Shown here: piece after piece, positions 24,601 through 36,405 of the stretch | Layout of the letters: every line of letters starts with the position of its first letter | Numbering within the stretch: position 1 is the stretch's first letter | NCBI GenBank assembly: GCA_002633005.1 | Contig: NMRA01000013.1 | Coordinates: 1,722,403 to 1,786,402 of the forward strand | Length of the DNA: 64,000 bases | Source of the DNA: Phoronis australis | Lineage: Eukaryota; Animalia; Phoronida | Direction: 5' to 3' | Notes under the pieces: model-generated | What the model saw: only the letters and a program-made list of their open reading frames with translations | Database searches by the model: none | What the model was told of the DNA's origin: nothing | Position numbers and translations under genes: made by a program

Positions 24601-27600
24601 GTGAACACACCTTCAGAGGTGGACTTTAAATCGTATCCGCTGTAGTGGCATTAACTTATAGGGTCTATGAAAACGTTTACAAACTTACCGTCCAGCCACC
24701 TCCGTCGGTTACCATGTCACAGTAAACGTCAATCATTTCCTTGCCATCTTTGGGCTGGATTGTGTAAACACCACTTTGTTTGACGCCTTTCGTGTACAGT
24801 TCTGCACAATCCTTTCCTGAAACTGTAGATGAGTAAGAAAGTTGCATTAGAAATCCAACTTTACTAGTTATGTCTACGTGGATGGTCTGGCGGATATTTT
24901 TGTAAAATGCTTGTCGCTAAATAAATGTCACTTTTTAAAGGCTCAGTTACATCAGTTCAACTGAAGGTTACAGTGGCGGATCTAGGATATCACAAGGGGG
25001 GCCCAACACTTTGTCCGGCTGTAAGCATTTGCGCCAACCAAGATTGTAGATGCGTATAGCACCGAATGGGGGGGAGGTCGGAAAATTTTCTATTTTTTCC
25101 TCTAAAAATTAAGCATTTTTCTTGATTCCTGAAGTATTATCCAAGAAAAAAAGGCAAAAAAAAAACACGGAGAACGTGTCANNNNNNNNNNNNNNNNNNN
25201 NNNNNNNNNNNNNNNNNNNNNNNNNNNNNNNNNNNNNNNNNNNNNNNNNNNNNNNNNNNNNNNNNNNNNNNNNNNNNNNNNNNNNNNNNNNNNNNNNNNN
25301 NNNNNNNNNNNNNNNNNNNNNNNNNNNNNNNNNNNNNNNNNNNNNNNNNNNNNNNNNNNNNNNNNNNNNNNNNNNNNNNNNNNNNNNNNNNNNNNNNNNN
25401 NNNNNNNNNNNNNNNNNNNNNNNNNNNNNNNNNNNNNNNNNNNNNNNNNNNNNNNNNNNNNNNNNNNNNNNNNNNNNNNNNNNNNNNNNNNNNNNNNNNN
25501 NNNNNNNNNNNNNNNNNNNNNNNNNNNNNNNNNNNNNNNNNNNNNNNNNNNNNNNNNNNNNNNNNNNNNNNNNNNNNNNNNNNNNNNNNNNNNNNNNNNN
25601 NNNNNNNNNNNNNNNNNNNNNNNNNNNNNNNNNNNNNNNNNNNNNNNNNNNNNNNNNNNNNNNNNNNNNNNNNNNNNNNNNNNNNNNNNNNNNNNNNNNN
25701 NNNNNNNNNNNNNNNNGGGCTCATATCCAATTCAAGTGTCAAATTCGGAACACGGCGCATTCGTAACGGAACTATGGCTAAGTATAGGCTCTCCCGCGAT
25801 ACCCCAGGCGACCGGCAGTGGCTCTGCGCACTACGACTCCGTTTCCGTCGTCTGCTCCACTGTGCAATGAAGAAAATTTACTTTATTTTTAAAGAAAATG
25901 GAACCTGAGTGACGATTAAAAAACAGAAGCTGCTGGTAAGATGTGAATTTAATCGAAGCCTTAGTGAATCACTCAGAAACTCGAAATACTCTCTTTGTCA
26001 AATCTTATCTTAAGACGATTTCCAAAGCAATCCCGTCATTATTGCCACTACGAAAAACGGATTTGATCTTTTGGGCATTTGAAGACTATTTTAAATACGA
26101 CAAATTTGTTAAGAATTGATGGCACAAAATATAAAACGTGTAATAAGCATTACAAAAAGAAGTAGGTTTCGCGCACAAACGCTGTGGACCATAAACAAGT
26201 AGGTCTTTCAGTAAGCAATTGGTAGTTAGATCGTGGTGGTGTAGTGGTAACGCACGCGCGCTCTATCCGCCAGGTGGTGAGTTCGAGTCTTTGATACACT
26301 TCAGTTTTTCCCGTTTGACACAATCTTCGTGTTTTTTTTTTTGCCTTTTTTTCTTGGATAACACTTCAGGAATCAAGGAAAATGCTTGATTTTTAGAGGT
26401 AAAAACAGAAAAATTTCCTGGGCTGTGCTATGCGCATCTACAATCGTGGGGCAGTTTGCGCAAATGCTTACAGCCGAACAAAATGTTGGGCCCTCCCCTT
26501 GTGATATCCTAGATCCGCCACTGAGTTTATTTCTGAGAACTGGATGGGGAAAATTGTTTTTGGTATCTGTTGATAGGCCACAATTATTTAAAGAGACATG
26601 GAACGCGAAAGCTCGTCAAAAATGTCTTTTGAACAATTACTGACGAAAGTATCATCTCGCAACGTCTACGACAGAGTAATTCACTTCTCAGAAAATATCA
26701 CAAAATTTACGATTTTTGAAATACGCACGAATAAAAAACTCTTTCGCTACCATAAAATTTCTCTTCTCCCTCCCACCTATGATAAATGCGCGCATGCGCT
26801 CACAGTCACTTGCTTGAAGTCGGTTGAGGTCAAAGATCACATTTGCCATATAATGAAAATGTGCTACGTCTGTGTCTTGCCATACCAAATAGGGAGACAT
26901 GCTTCGCCTTATGGGGGAGAAAAATCGACAAGTGGAGAGCAGTTGACAGGTCATATTTTGAAATTAGAAACTAAAAAAATGCTTTGATTTAAACAGAAAT
27001 TTAAAAAATATTTCGAACAAACCCTCAAAATTCCTGGTGATCAGATTGAATTCAGTTTCAGTGGCAGAGAGCCACTTTCAATATCTTTGCAATTTAGTTT
27101 TTTATCGCGTTACAGGCCTGAGTAGAGTAAGGTTTTTAATGCATCCCACCTTTTTAGTATGAAATTCTAGTAATTCGTTGTTACCGGAGGCTCTGTCGGA
27201 AACTGTCAAATTGTCGACGTGTCTGCGTACAGAAGTAGTCACCCTAAAATGGAGGGATTCTTTCGAAAAAACGTGTTATGACTTTTCCGAAAGTTGTATT
27301 TCTGCAAGCAGCGCCCTCATTCGGCCATTTCCTGTTGTGTGTTGTAAAAGGGACTGTGAGAGTGATCAAGCTGAAATATCTTAGGGGTCCCTTTAGATTA
27401 AAAAATGAGGAATTGTTGATAATTTTTTAATATATACCCGACATGCAGAAAAAGCTCCAGAGGGCGATTTTTATCCTTGTTTCCAAAAGAACCCCAAGTA
27501 CGGTACTTTATCCTTGTGAGAGCTGTTTCAAAAATCCCCAGCAGTTTGTTTCTGAACTGATTTTAAGGCAATCCCTTTAAAGAACTCGTTATAGCAGTCC

Positions 27601-29445
27601 TTACCTCTCTGTGGGTTAGAGCACGTTCTCATTGCTTCTTTCATGCATACCACATCATCTTTTACGGTGTTAAGTTCGTCTTTAGTGCTCTCCATTATTT
27701 TTTGAAGTTCTCTAAACAGTGTGCCTGCCAAGTTTCCAATTTTTGATCTAAAATACCGGTAATGAATTCGTTTTTGATCATGTGTAATACCCCGTTTACA
27801 AACTGACTAAAACGGTGAGGTATACGCAAGCACTTTTAGTAGTAGCTAAAACGCTAATGTGAATGGCTACAAGTATCATTTATGTTGACGGTTTGAGATA
27901 CCCGTTGTCACTTTGTCTAACTGTTTTGTAACCTTGCCACTTCCCGTTCAAAAGGGACACATGCACAGCTGTAAGAGGCCCTTCTTGTTCGCCGCATTAA
28001 TCAGCTTAAATCAAAAGGGTGAACGTGTTTTGACTTCAATTTTCGTTGAGACGCGATCCCGGTGAGGAGGAAACAAACTGAGTACGGGGGAAAATAATTC
28101 CTTCGGCAATGATACTATAGGTTTTTGTTGCCCTCGTCTAACGCTTTAGCCAGTGAAATTGCTAGCGTTTCGCCCACTTACACGTCGGAGATCGGTACTT
28201 GTCGGGAACAATTCAGGGTACAGATTGGCTGGTGCGAAGGATCGAGTCTACGTGATTTTTTAAAAAGGCTTGTGATTTTTAATGTATCGTTGAATTTTTC
28301 GCCAAAGAAGTTGACACGAGTTTGTCTTCAATAATAAAATGTGTATTTTTTTTGCAAATTTGTTCTCAATCGAAAGTGTTTTTTGTCAGTGCTGAGTAGG
28401 GCTACTGTTAAATAGACTTCTTTTGCAAATGTCTATAGAGCGGGTTTTCGTTCGAAACGTGCCCGTAAGCAAAATGCGATTATTCCCGTGGGTGAAGTTT
28501 CAATGCGTCTTTATGACATCGACACGTATGTTATTAGATCGTGGGAACGCTTAAAAAGACATCAGCAAAACGACATTTGGGGTCATTTACAGGTTTCTGC
28601 TTTCTGACATAGTATGTGAAATAATTAATAAGCCCATTTCGGCACACGCTTAATTACAGTTATGTTGAGCGCTACATCGGCGGGTTCAATAATAAATAAC
28701 TTCAAAAAGTAAGAGACAGTATGAATGAATTAAGAAAAAAATAACACAAATGAACTCCATTCCTAGCACATTATAACTACAGAAAACAAGAAGTGCTCAT
28801 TTGCTCAATTTTTGTGAGTATAAAGAAACAGAAGCGCCGAGGTATAAGTACCGGAATTTCGTTTAGACTACTTATCGCTCTAAAATTAGACTCAGAATGT
28901 TACTTGTTCAGATGAGTAGTGATTTCTGTGTTCGTAAAAAAATTGTATTTCGTTATTACTTGAGACCATGCTCGCATATAAATTGACACGTCGTGACAAA
29001 CAAACATGTTTGGCCTGATTTCAAGCAATAAAGAAATAATTTTTTTCTACCGAAGTCTGAGTCTTGAAATCGTCCCCAATATTAGATAACAAATTATTTC
29101 AGTTGAAAACTGCTGATTTTGCGGTGAGTTTTAGTTGTTGTAGCGCTAAATAATAATGCTCAACGTCAAATTTCACAATGACGTCATACTACGTATTGGG
29201 CAAACTAAGTGTAAACATTAGGTGTTACTAATTCAAACGACAAATTTTACTTTATTAAAAATGAAAGTTCTCGTCTCAGATTATTCACATCAGATTGGAG
29301 ATGAGGCCCCAGGTACTAGTCACGTGCTTCTGTTGTCCCAGAACGACTGCTAGTGCACACCGTAACTTATTGCTTTTACTTACCCGTGAACATCGGACAA
29401 ACACACCGACACCGACAAGATCAGCAGGAAATTTTGTAACTTCAT
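18667..29445 (-). CDS. Fibrinogen-related domain protein, gene B (complete, 287 aa secreted FReD/ficolin/tachylectin-5-like)
   Basis: Exons 29445-29384 ([21 protein letters not shown]), 27747-27605 (coiled coil, [10 protein letters not shown]), 24822-24689 ([22 protein letters not shown]), 22200-22104 ([22 protein letters not shown]), 21688-21524 ([21 protein letters not shown]), 18929-18667 ([36 protein letters not shown]). All GT-AG, total 864 nt = 288 codons including the stop; AATAAA at 18623-18618. Confidence 0.95.
22378..22525. mobile_element. MITE family with GTCCACAC-type TIRs (Harbinger-like); relatives at 23597-24612, 39340-39695, 45730-46202
   Basis: Shared motifs GTCCACACTACGAGTTACCCTAGAGCA / TTGTTCTAGGGTAA..GTGTGGACGG next to TTA/TAA; 39525-39625 is the inverse of 45730-45830. 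Confidence 0.6.
22572..23591. mobile_element. Non-autonomous TIR element (CATAGGCGGATTTAGG...CCTAGATCCGCCACTG) carrying a tRNA-derived segment
   Basis: Inverted termini; TGTTA on both flanks; internal A box TGGTGTAGTGG (~23272) and B box GTTCGAGTC (~23314); 22750-23591 closely matches 25718-26523. Confidence 0.8.
24971..26523. mobile_element. Second copy (or two inverted copies) of the same element, spanning the assembly gap
   Basis: CAGTGGCGGATCTAGGATATCACAAGGGG at 24971 is the inverse of CCCCTTGTGATATCCTAGATCCGCCACTG ending at 26523; the inverted match extends ~200 bp up to the gap. Confidence 0.75.
25182..25717. other. Assembly gap (N run) inside intron 2 of gene B
   Basis: 536 consecutive N. 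Confidence 1.
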
Positions 29446-29454
29446 GGTGGTTGA

Positions 29455-29650
29455 TATTACACGAAATTACAAAGTAGAACGTGAATGTACATGGCCACAA
29501 CACGCGCTGGTTATATACAGTTTGAGATTCATTGGTAAGCTTTTGATCCTAGAGCTTCGACAGATAATTGTTTATACGTGTACAAAAATTGGCAAGATTT
29601 CCAGAACAGAGGCCTCAAGGCCATCACGAAAATCTTTTAGAACTACTCAT
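29455..29650 (-). promoter_or_regulatory. Putative core promoter of FReD gene B with TATA box
   Basis: Minus-strand TATATAA at 29517-29511; the block is conserved with the gene A upstream region (shared GGCCATCACGA, GGTTATAT, TTACACGAA). Confidence 0.55.
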
Positions 29651-30553
29651 GTGTTGTCGAAGTTTTCCTATGTCTAAACGTCACGACATCTCACTTACAA
29701 ATATTATTACAAGTATCTCGCTTATTGGCGTGATATGGTAATGGTATGCAGGGTCAGTGGTGAACATGAATCGGGAATAATCATAATTGCAACAAAATAA
29801 ATTAGGGAACGTTGAGCAAGCAAAATTTATCCCTCTTTATTTTGTGGCCTTTGAGGATGTGAATAACACAGTGTGGATTCATTAACTTGGTGCACTTTTA
29901 AAGGGATGTTATCGCTTTTAAGGGATGTTATAATCGCATTTACGGCCGAAAAAACTTTTTCTAATTATTGTCAGACGGGATAGACTTTTTAACGTTATTA
30001 ACTGTGACCATTGCTATAAAATGACAAAATCTGTTGCCTTTTTGTGATTTTATTACAAATCGCAAATAGTCATCGTTGTCTGTCAAACATTCTCTGAAGC
30101 AAGGCCCGCGTACTTGCCATTTAAATGGCCGTAAAATTCTTTGCTATTTTTGTCAGAACAAGAGAGCATTTGTTTGCTAAAGCAGAGCTGTTTGGTTCGA
30201 TTCCGCGCTACGGTTATTTTCTGAGAAAAATTATTTAAGTATTAAATTATTTTACGTAAGCTATACTGCTTCGTCCTCATTATCATATTGTTTGGATTCT
30301 CGGGTCAGTGACCCTCTTTGTTCTACGATTATTGGTTTAATTGTACCACGTGATCTCTTTGTCTCGTCGCAACACTGGGCCATCGTCCAGAATTCTCTCC
30401 AAATTTCAGTTTTCACTCAAATTCTCTTTCCCTCCCTCCCTCAAACCAATTTTCCTTACTTCCCTGTTTATGCTTATATTTCCCATCAGGCTGTCCCGGT
30501 GTTGCTGTTATGCTTCCCATTTATTACTTAACTTTCTATTCACCACTTGTGTA

Positions 30554-30702
30554 TACAGTTCAACATATTATGTAACTTTTGTAATTACCGATATCTGTAG
30601 TAGTTTAGTTTGTCATAATATATATGACCTTTTATCTCATCTACACGTGTTGTTTCACTGTAAACTAGCTTCGGTATCGCTTCGCAGTTAGCACATATAA
30701 AT
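30554..30702 (+). repeat. ~145-bp repeat, inverted partner of 14688-14833
   Basis: Near-identical reverse complement. Confidence 0.92.
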
Positions 30703-33700
30703 TACTTTTCTCGCCTAGAATGTCCCCTTTATTACGCAAAAAGTAAAATAGATATCATAATTTTGGAAAATCTTATTTACGATGCGTGAATTTTTTAATT
30801 CAAAAATGTAGAAATATAAAGGTATCACTGTCATTAAAAAGATGGATTTCTATATTTTAATATTTAAAGCCTCCCGATATGCAAACAGCAGCCTATCACA
30901 ATCCAACGGATTTGTTTGTAATTTTATTATTTGGTCCTGATACACGTACTTTCAGTCATGTTTAATTAGCAAATTCAAAACATAATTTTCACGACTGGTG
31001 AAACTCGAGAGAAAATTTGATGGAAGTATTAATCATGCGCTAGACAAAGGAAATAGAAATAACAATATTTTTCCTTTCTGATAGTGCACAAAACAAAGTG
31101 TTGAAAAATATTAAACTTCACCTTTGAGCAAAAATTATCAAATAGGAAAAATGACGTAAAATATGTTAAATAGCAATGTGAGCTGCAGCGTATATGAATA
31201 ATATTTAACACGTAAGTTTTAATGACAGATCATTTGTAAGAAGTCCTGCCTCTGTATACTAAGCTGTGCCCACAAGACAGTAAGGCCAAGTACGAAGAGA
31301 ACAGCATTACCTAGGAGATATTTGCCATTCACTTTTTTATGAACTTGGAATAGTGAAATGTGTACGTACAAGAATGTCATTCATAAACTGTTCTTATTGT
31401 AGAGACGTACTTTGATTGACGAGACTCATGTTTGTTCAAAACCGACGATAATGGCGGAAAGAGTATGATCCTTAAGAAAGCAGTGGACCGTATTTATTGA
31501 TTTAAAACCAGTCGTGTCCTATCCGAATACTTATTAACCTACATTCGTGTTTGATGTGTTGTTGAAGGTTTCTCTTTTCATTATGGAGAAATGAAAAGCT
31601 TAGGAAAACTTCATTTTCCCACACGCGCGCCAAAGCTACACTCACTGTCACATAGCCATATTCTATGGAGTCGTGTTTTGACCAATGCCCCACGGAAACT
31701 GGCATTTTGAAGAAAATAAACAATCTTTAGAAACTACCTGTGTTCGTTTTATCATGTCGCTTAAGTTTAGTCACCTTTTATGAAGAAATTAACAACCTTT
31801 TTGAACATACCGCAGCAACTTACAACATGTTCAAATTAATAACCTCTTTGAGAATACCGCAGCAAGTTGCTTACAACAATATGTTCAAATGCGGCGTGTC
31901 ATAAACCCGTAAAAGATTTAGTTGTCAACTATTTCTCACTTTTAGTTAATGATAAATATTTCTGAATGCTTATTTATCTCCTCATTCAAACGATGTTCGT
32001 TGTGATTTCTGATACACAGGGCTACGTGTGAAGCGCAAAAGTTTAAATATGCCGAACTTTGGAGCCTTCACAACATCAAATGTCACAGTGAAATTCCGTG
32101 TGTAAGAACATTGCCGTCCTTTATTCGAGTATGGCCTTACATCCGGGATCGTTCGTTTTACAATGTTCCAATTTGGCCTAAGTTTACAACAAGTGTTGTA
32201 TTGTTTTTGCATTATTTAATTCAATATTTTCATGGAATGATTTTAAACGATCAATATTTTAATAACATCTAAGTACTGACCACCGTGGCAATGGCCGATT
32301 GGTAGAAAACTCAAGCTTCGTGTTCGACATTGCTGCACTTTATAAGTACTCTTTTCGTTTCATTTTAGTTTAAAACTTCCCGAAACCGATTTTAACTCAA
32401 GTTAGTTCAGTCGAAATTAAAATCAAATAATGCTCACTCAACGCAACTCCAACTATTTCCAAACTTTACTGAATTCCATTTCAATTTTCAGTTTAATTTT
32501 TTACTGTTGGTGGTACACCACCACCTAAAATTGTTGCCATATGAGTCACATCTGATTCCTGCATAATATGGGAACTCACTCAACTGTCACTGTGTGTAAT
32601 GAAGTTTCCGCTTAAACCCGCCCACATTTTAAAGACACTCACCAATTTAGAACTCAAGTTTCGTCACATGAAGGATATCAATACACTATGCACATTTTGT
32701 ATCTTTCAGACCTGGTCGTATTTGCCTTATTTTACAATTGATTTTTAAGTATAGTGGCAGTTGATTGAGTACCCATAATGTATGTGTCAGCTGTCACTCG
32801 CTACGGCTATTATTTCAGAGGGTGGCACACCACTAGAAATAAAAAAACGAACTATAACTCATATCAAATGCAGTTAATTCTATCGATACAGTAACAGCAT
32901 AGTTGTCAACTGATTAAGTAGTAAGTACAGTCGATGGTCCTCGAGTGTTCATCGTAGACATCGTGCGTATGCTATCACCAACCATGCTTGACCATAAGAA
33001 TATACTCTAATCGATTTGGACAATTTTTTATTCTAAAATGGAAACGAGGACGGAGATTTCATTGCGTTCTAACAATTCGCCACGTCGCTTTCTGGAGGGC
33101 AACATGTCCATCCCATCAATACAAATGGGGGAAAGTTGAGCACGTAAATCACGTACATGAGTTGAAGGAACAATTTAGACGAGAAAAGCATTTTTACATA
33201 AATTAGCCGTCGCGCTAAACCGAACGCACTAACTCCGGCATAGTAGTCGAACTCATTACCACTGAGCCAATCAAGGGACGTTTGAACGGTACTGGCACCG
33301 GCCTTCATTTCAGCTTGTCTGTCAGACAACGGCGATGTGTGATAAAATCAAAACACCCAACAGATTTTGTAATTTAACCTCTAGTCATTGCTAACAACTT
33401 CAAGAAGTACATGTATATCCCATTCAACAGCCATCCCAACATTGGCGTTTTTCGGCCACAAAAAACGAAGTAGTGATCCTTTAGCCACTTAAATTAAATA
33501 TTAACGGTGAACGTTAATTCTTAATGACGTAAGTTATTTCCGTGTAAATAGATTAATTACGTAACAAGTTATCGTAAACTTAGTCCTCATGATAGCCTCC
33601 CTTCATTTGCCTTTTTGCAAAAATATATCTATTTTACAGGAGAAACTGTGATACTAATGAATTTTTTCAAATTTTGGGGAGAGTACGAAAATATTGTAAA

Positions 33701-34232
33701 CCTGTTTGCATTTGCTCATAATTAATTCATGTTATAAATTTGCATGCTATTTCACGTGATATGAAAGTTTCATTGCCGAACTCAGGTATGTTTACAGCCT
33801 AGCAATTCTTGTTCCTTACTGCTGGTAAGTCAAGCCTCCATGGAATTTTGAAATGCAGAAGTCCAACAAAGATGGTTTATAAATATTTGCGTGTTTTCTG
33901 TTTTAATATCTCCGTTTATTTTTAATACAGCATCAAGAGACCAAGACTTTGCGTTCAAGAAGAAGCAAATTTTGCCAACAGCTGCAGTGATTTGTTGAAA
34001 TCTGACCCTGAATTTGGCAGGTTACCTCGCAGCTCAATGCACTATAATCCAGGCTGACTTTATGTAGGCTCCGTTTACACAACGAAAATAATGCCACCAT
34101 GAAAGGGTAGAATGTGGCCTTTAGTCAGAAATATTCAGAAATCACTCAGGTGCTTTCCCGACATCACGGCCACAACTGGCAAGTTGCTGAAAACAATCTC
34201 ACTCAAAAATGCTCCATAACGTGTCATTGGTG

Positions 34233-34498
34233 CATGTGCGCACCCGGGGGGGGGGAGCTCGGGGGCCTCGAACGAGCCCCCCCCCCTGTTTGGCGAAGTG
34301 GGCAAAAGGGTCCGCATCAAAGATATAAAAACTCAAAAAAGTACAAAACGAGACAAAAGTTCACTAAAAAGGCAAAAACTATCAAAATCCGGCGAATGCA
34401 CAATTCATAGCTCTTAACATACCCCGTGAATCTTAGTAAAAGGTTCACATTCTCAAAAATTCGAGCCCCCCCAATTTTTAGGCTGGGTGCGCGCGTGA
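34233..34498. mobile_element. GC-rich MITE (CATGTGCGCACCC...GGGTGCGCGCGTG)
   Basis: Inverted termini with G/C runs and subterminal CTCGGGGGCCTCGAA / TTCGAGCCCCCC. Confidence 0.65.
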
Positions 34499-36320
34499 AT
34501 GTTGTTTTATCTTCATTAGTAAGTCATTTATTTTGCTTACGTAGACAGCGAGAGCTTACTCTACTTTGAATTCTAAAAAATATTGAACATAAATAACGAC
34601 CTTTTCGTGCAACTCCCCTAATTTAAAGACGAAGTTCACTGCAAGAAGAGCTCAGTTTTTAGGTATACTGTTAACAGAAAATGTCATTAGACAAAAAGAA
34701 GCCCATAATAAAGATAAAATTGCTCAAACTAAACATTTGTGAGTAAACAAAGATGCACACGAAGATTTAAAACTATACTAAACCTCTTATCATCGACAAA
34801 GGAATCTGGCGGACCAGGCCGAAACGTCTGCATCCAATTAATTCGTCTCTTCTAATACCAAACCCTGTTTTAATAATTTCAACCAATCCTCGTTCTGTCA
34901 CCTGCTAATGCATCATTAGCGTCAATCTTGAAAGACAAAAGCAGGAATCAACTAAAAACTCATACTCCCTACCTCAGAGTTTGAACATTATGGTCCTTGG
35001 TGGATGGTTTTATCCCATACTTGCCGTGTAATTCGCTAATAACGATAGGCCACGCCTGCTCGTTTAGCAAACTTGTGGAAAGGAACTGAAATTTCAGATT
35101 TTTCTCCAAACTTTTGAGCGTTCTTGGAGGGTTACAAAGCATTATTTTGTTTGAGTGAAATGGCCGGTAAAGTGGCTTAATATCTGTTAGTAGACCAAAC
35201 CGTGTTTGGTATCAGCTGGGTCGCTACTTAGAACTGTTTCGTGCAACCGGGTTCTTGCCGCTAACCGGAAAAAATTCAATATGGCCGCAACGCACACGCA
35301 TACTGTTAAAATTTCGTACAATTAAGTTCATGTTGAACTCGACCAACCGTAAGTTTTCCCAATAGAATATCAGGAAAACCCACTGTCCACATGTTTCTCA
35401 GCTGCATGACACGATTCACTAACTTGTCTCAATCAAACTTTTTAATCTTGTCAGCCAAGTTGCGGCAACCATTATTTTCGAAATTATATAGCTCGGATTG
35501 ATTTTTTCGTGACTGTAAAGCAAAGCGAATTGCATCTTCATAACGATTTGCTGGCAAAAACTATATAGGCCTACCATCACTAAAATCTCACACGTGTTTA
35601 ACAACAGCAGCAACTGGGAAAATGATTTAAAAGAAAATAAAACTGGTTCTCGTACTCAGCAACGTATAATTTGTCTTTTGCGTGGAATTCGGGTGAACTG
35701 TTCCCTGCTCAATTTTCTGCAAATCGTATAAAACACCGAGACCACAACACTGCCAAAGGATAATGAATCACCTTTCCAAGTAACACATTTTTTAAAAAGT
35801 CAGGGCATTCAAATATTTACAACCAACAATAATATAGAATCCAATAATTTGGCAATTATTTTTTGTTGTCCGCGTCGACTAACGGTAACGCAAATGTCGA
35901 GGGGTTACGTTGACCGATTGCAAAAACCTCCTAAATGATGTAAAACAGTGTAAGAATTGAACTACAATTCAGTTTACAAGAACATCTCTTTGAAAATTGC
36001 CACACGATATTATCACTAGTTGAAAAAACATTTATTTGACGTCATATTTGTCTAATCAGAACTGCATGTCCTCATAATTTAGCTGCGAAAAACGAAAAAT
36101 GATTAATTAATCAACATAAGATCATGCAATCGGTCCTGTTGGCCTTTGTTATAACATGCGCTGAAAATTAGTAAAGTTAGTAATAGGAGAGGTTAATGCA
36201 ATATGAAAATAATAAATTAAAACTTGAGTTCATATTGCATGTTTGAGACAGCTCAACTCAGTTCAGTTTTATCTCCTGGGTAATTTATTACTGTAGGACC
36301 GGCTCACACCACGTCGGGAG

Positions 36321-36405
36321 TATAAAAAGTTATTGAGAGCCTGGGTCGCTTTTGTGCCTGGATCCCTGTTAGTAACCTAGAAACGAGATTGATTGTCAGG
36401 TAGGT
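36321..36405 (+). promoter_or_regulatory. Candidate TATA promoter and non-coding first exon of the Mtl gene
   Basis: TATAAAA at 36321-36327, then a CAG|GTAGGT donor at 36399/36400. A second good donor GAG|GTAAGC is at 37356/37357, and CpG depletion begins shortly downstream. Confidence 0.3.

Noticed and set aside
25122-25766. Long ORFs at 25122-25766 and 25179-25760
   Set aside because: Artefacts of the N gap.
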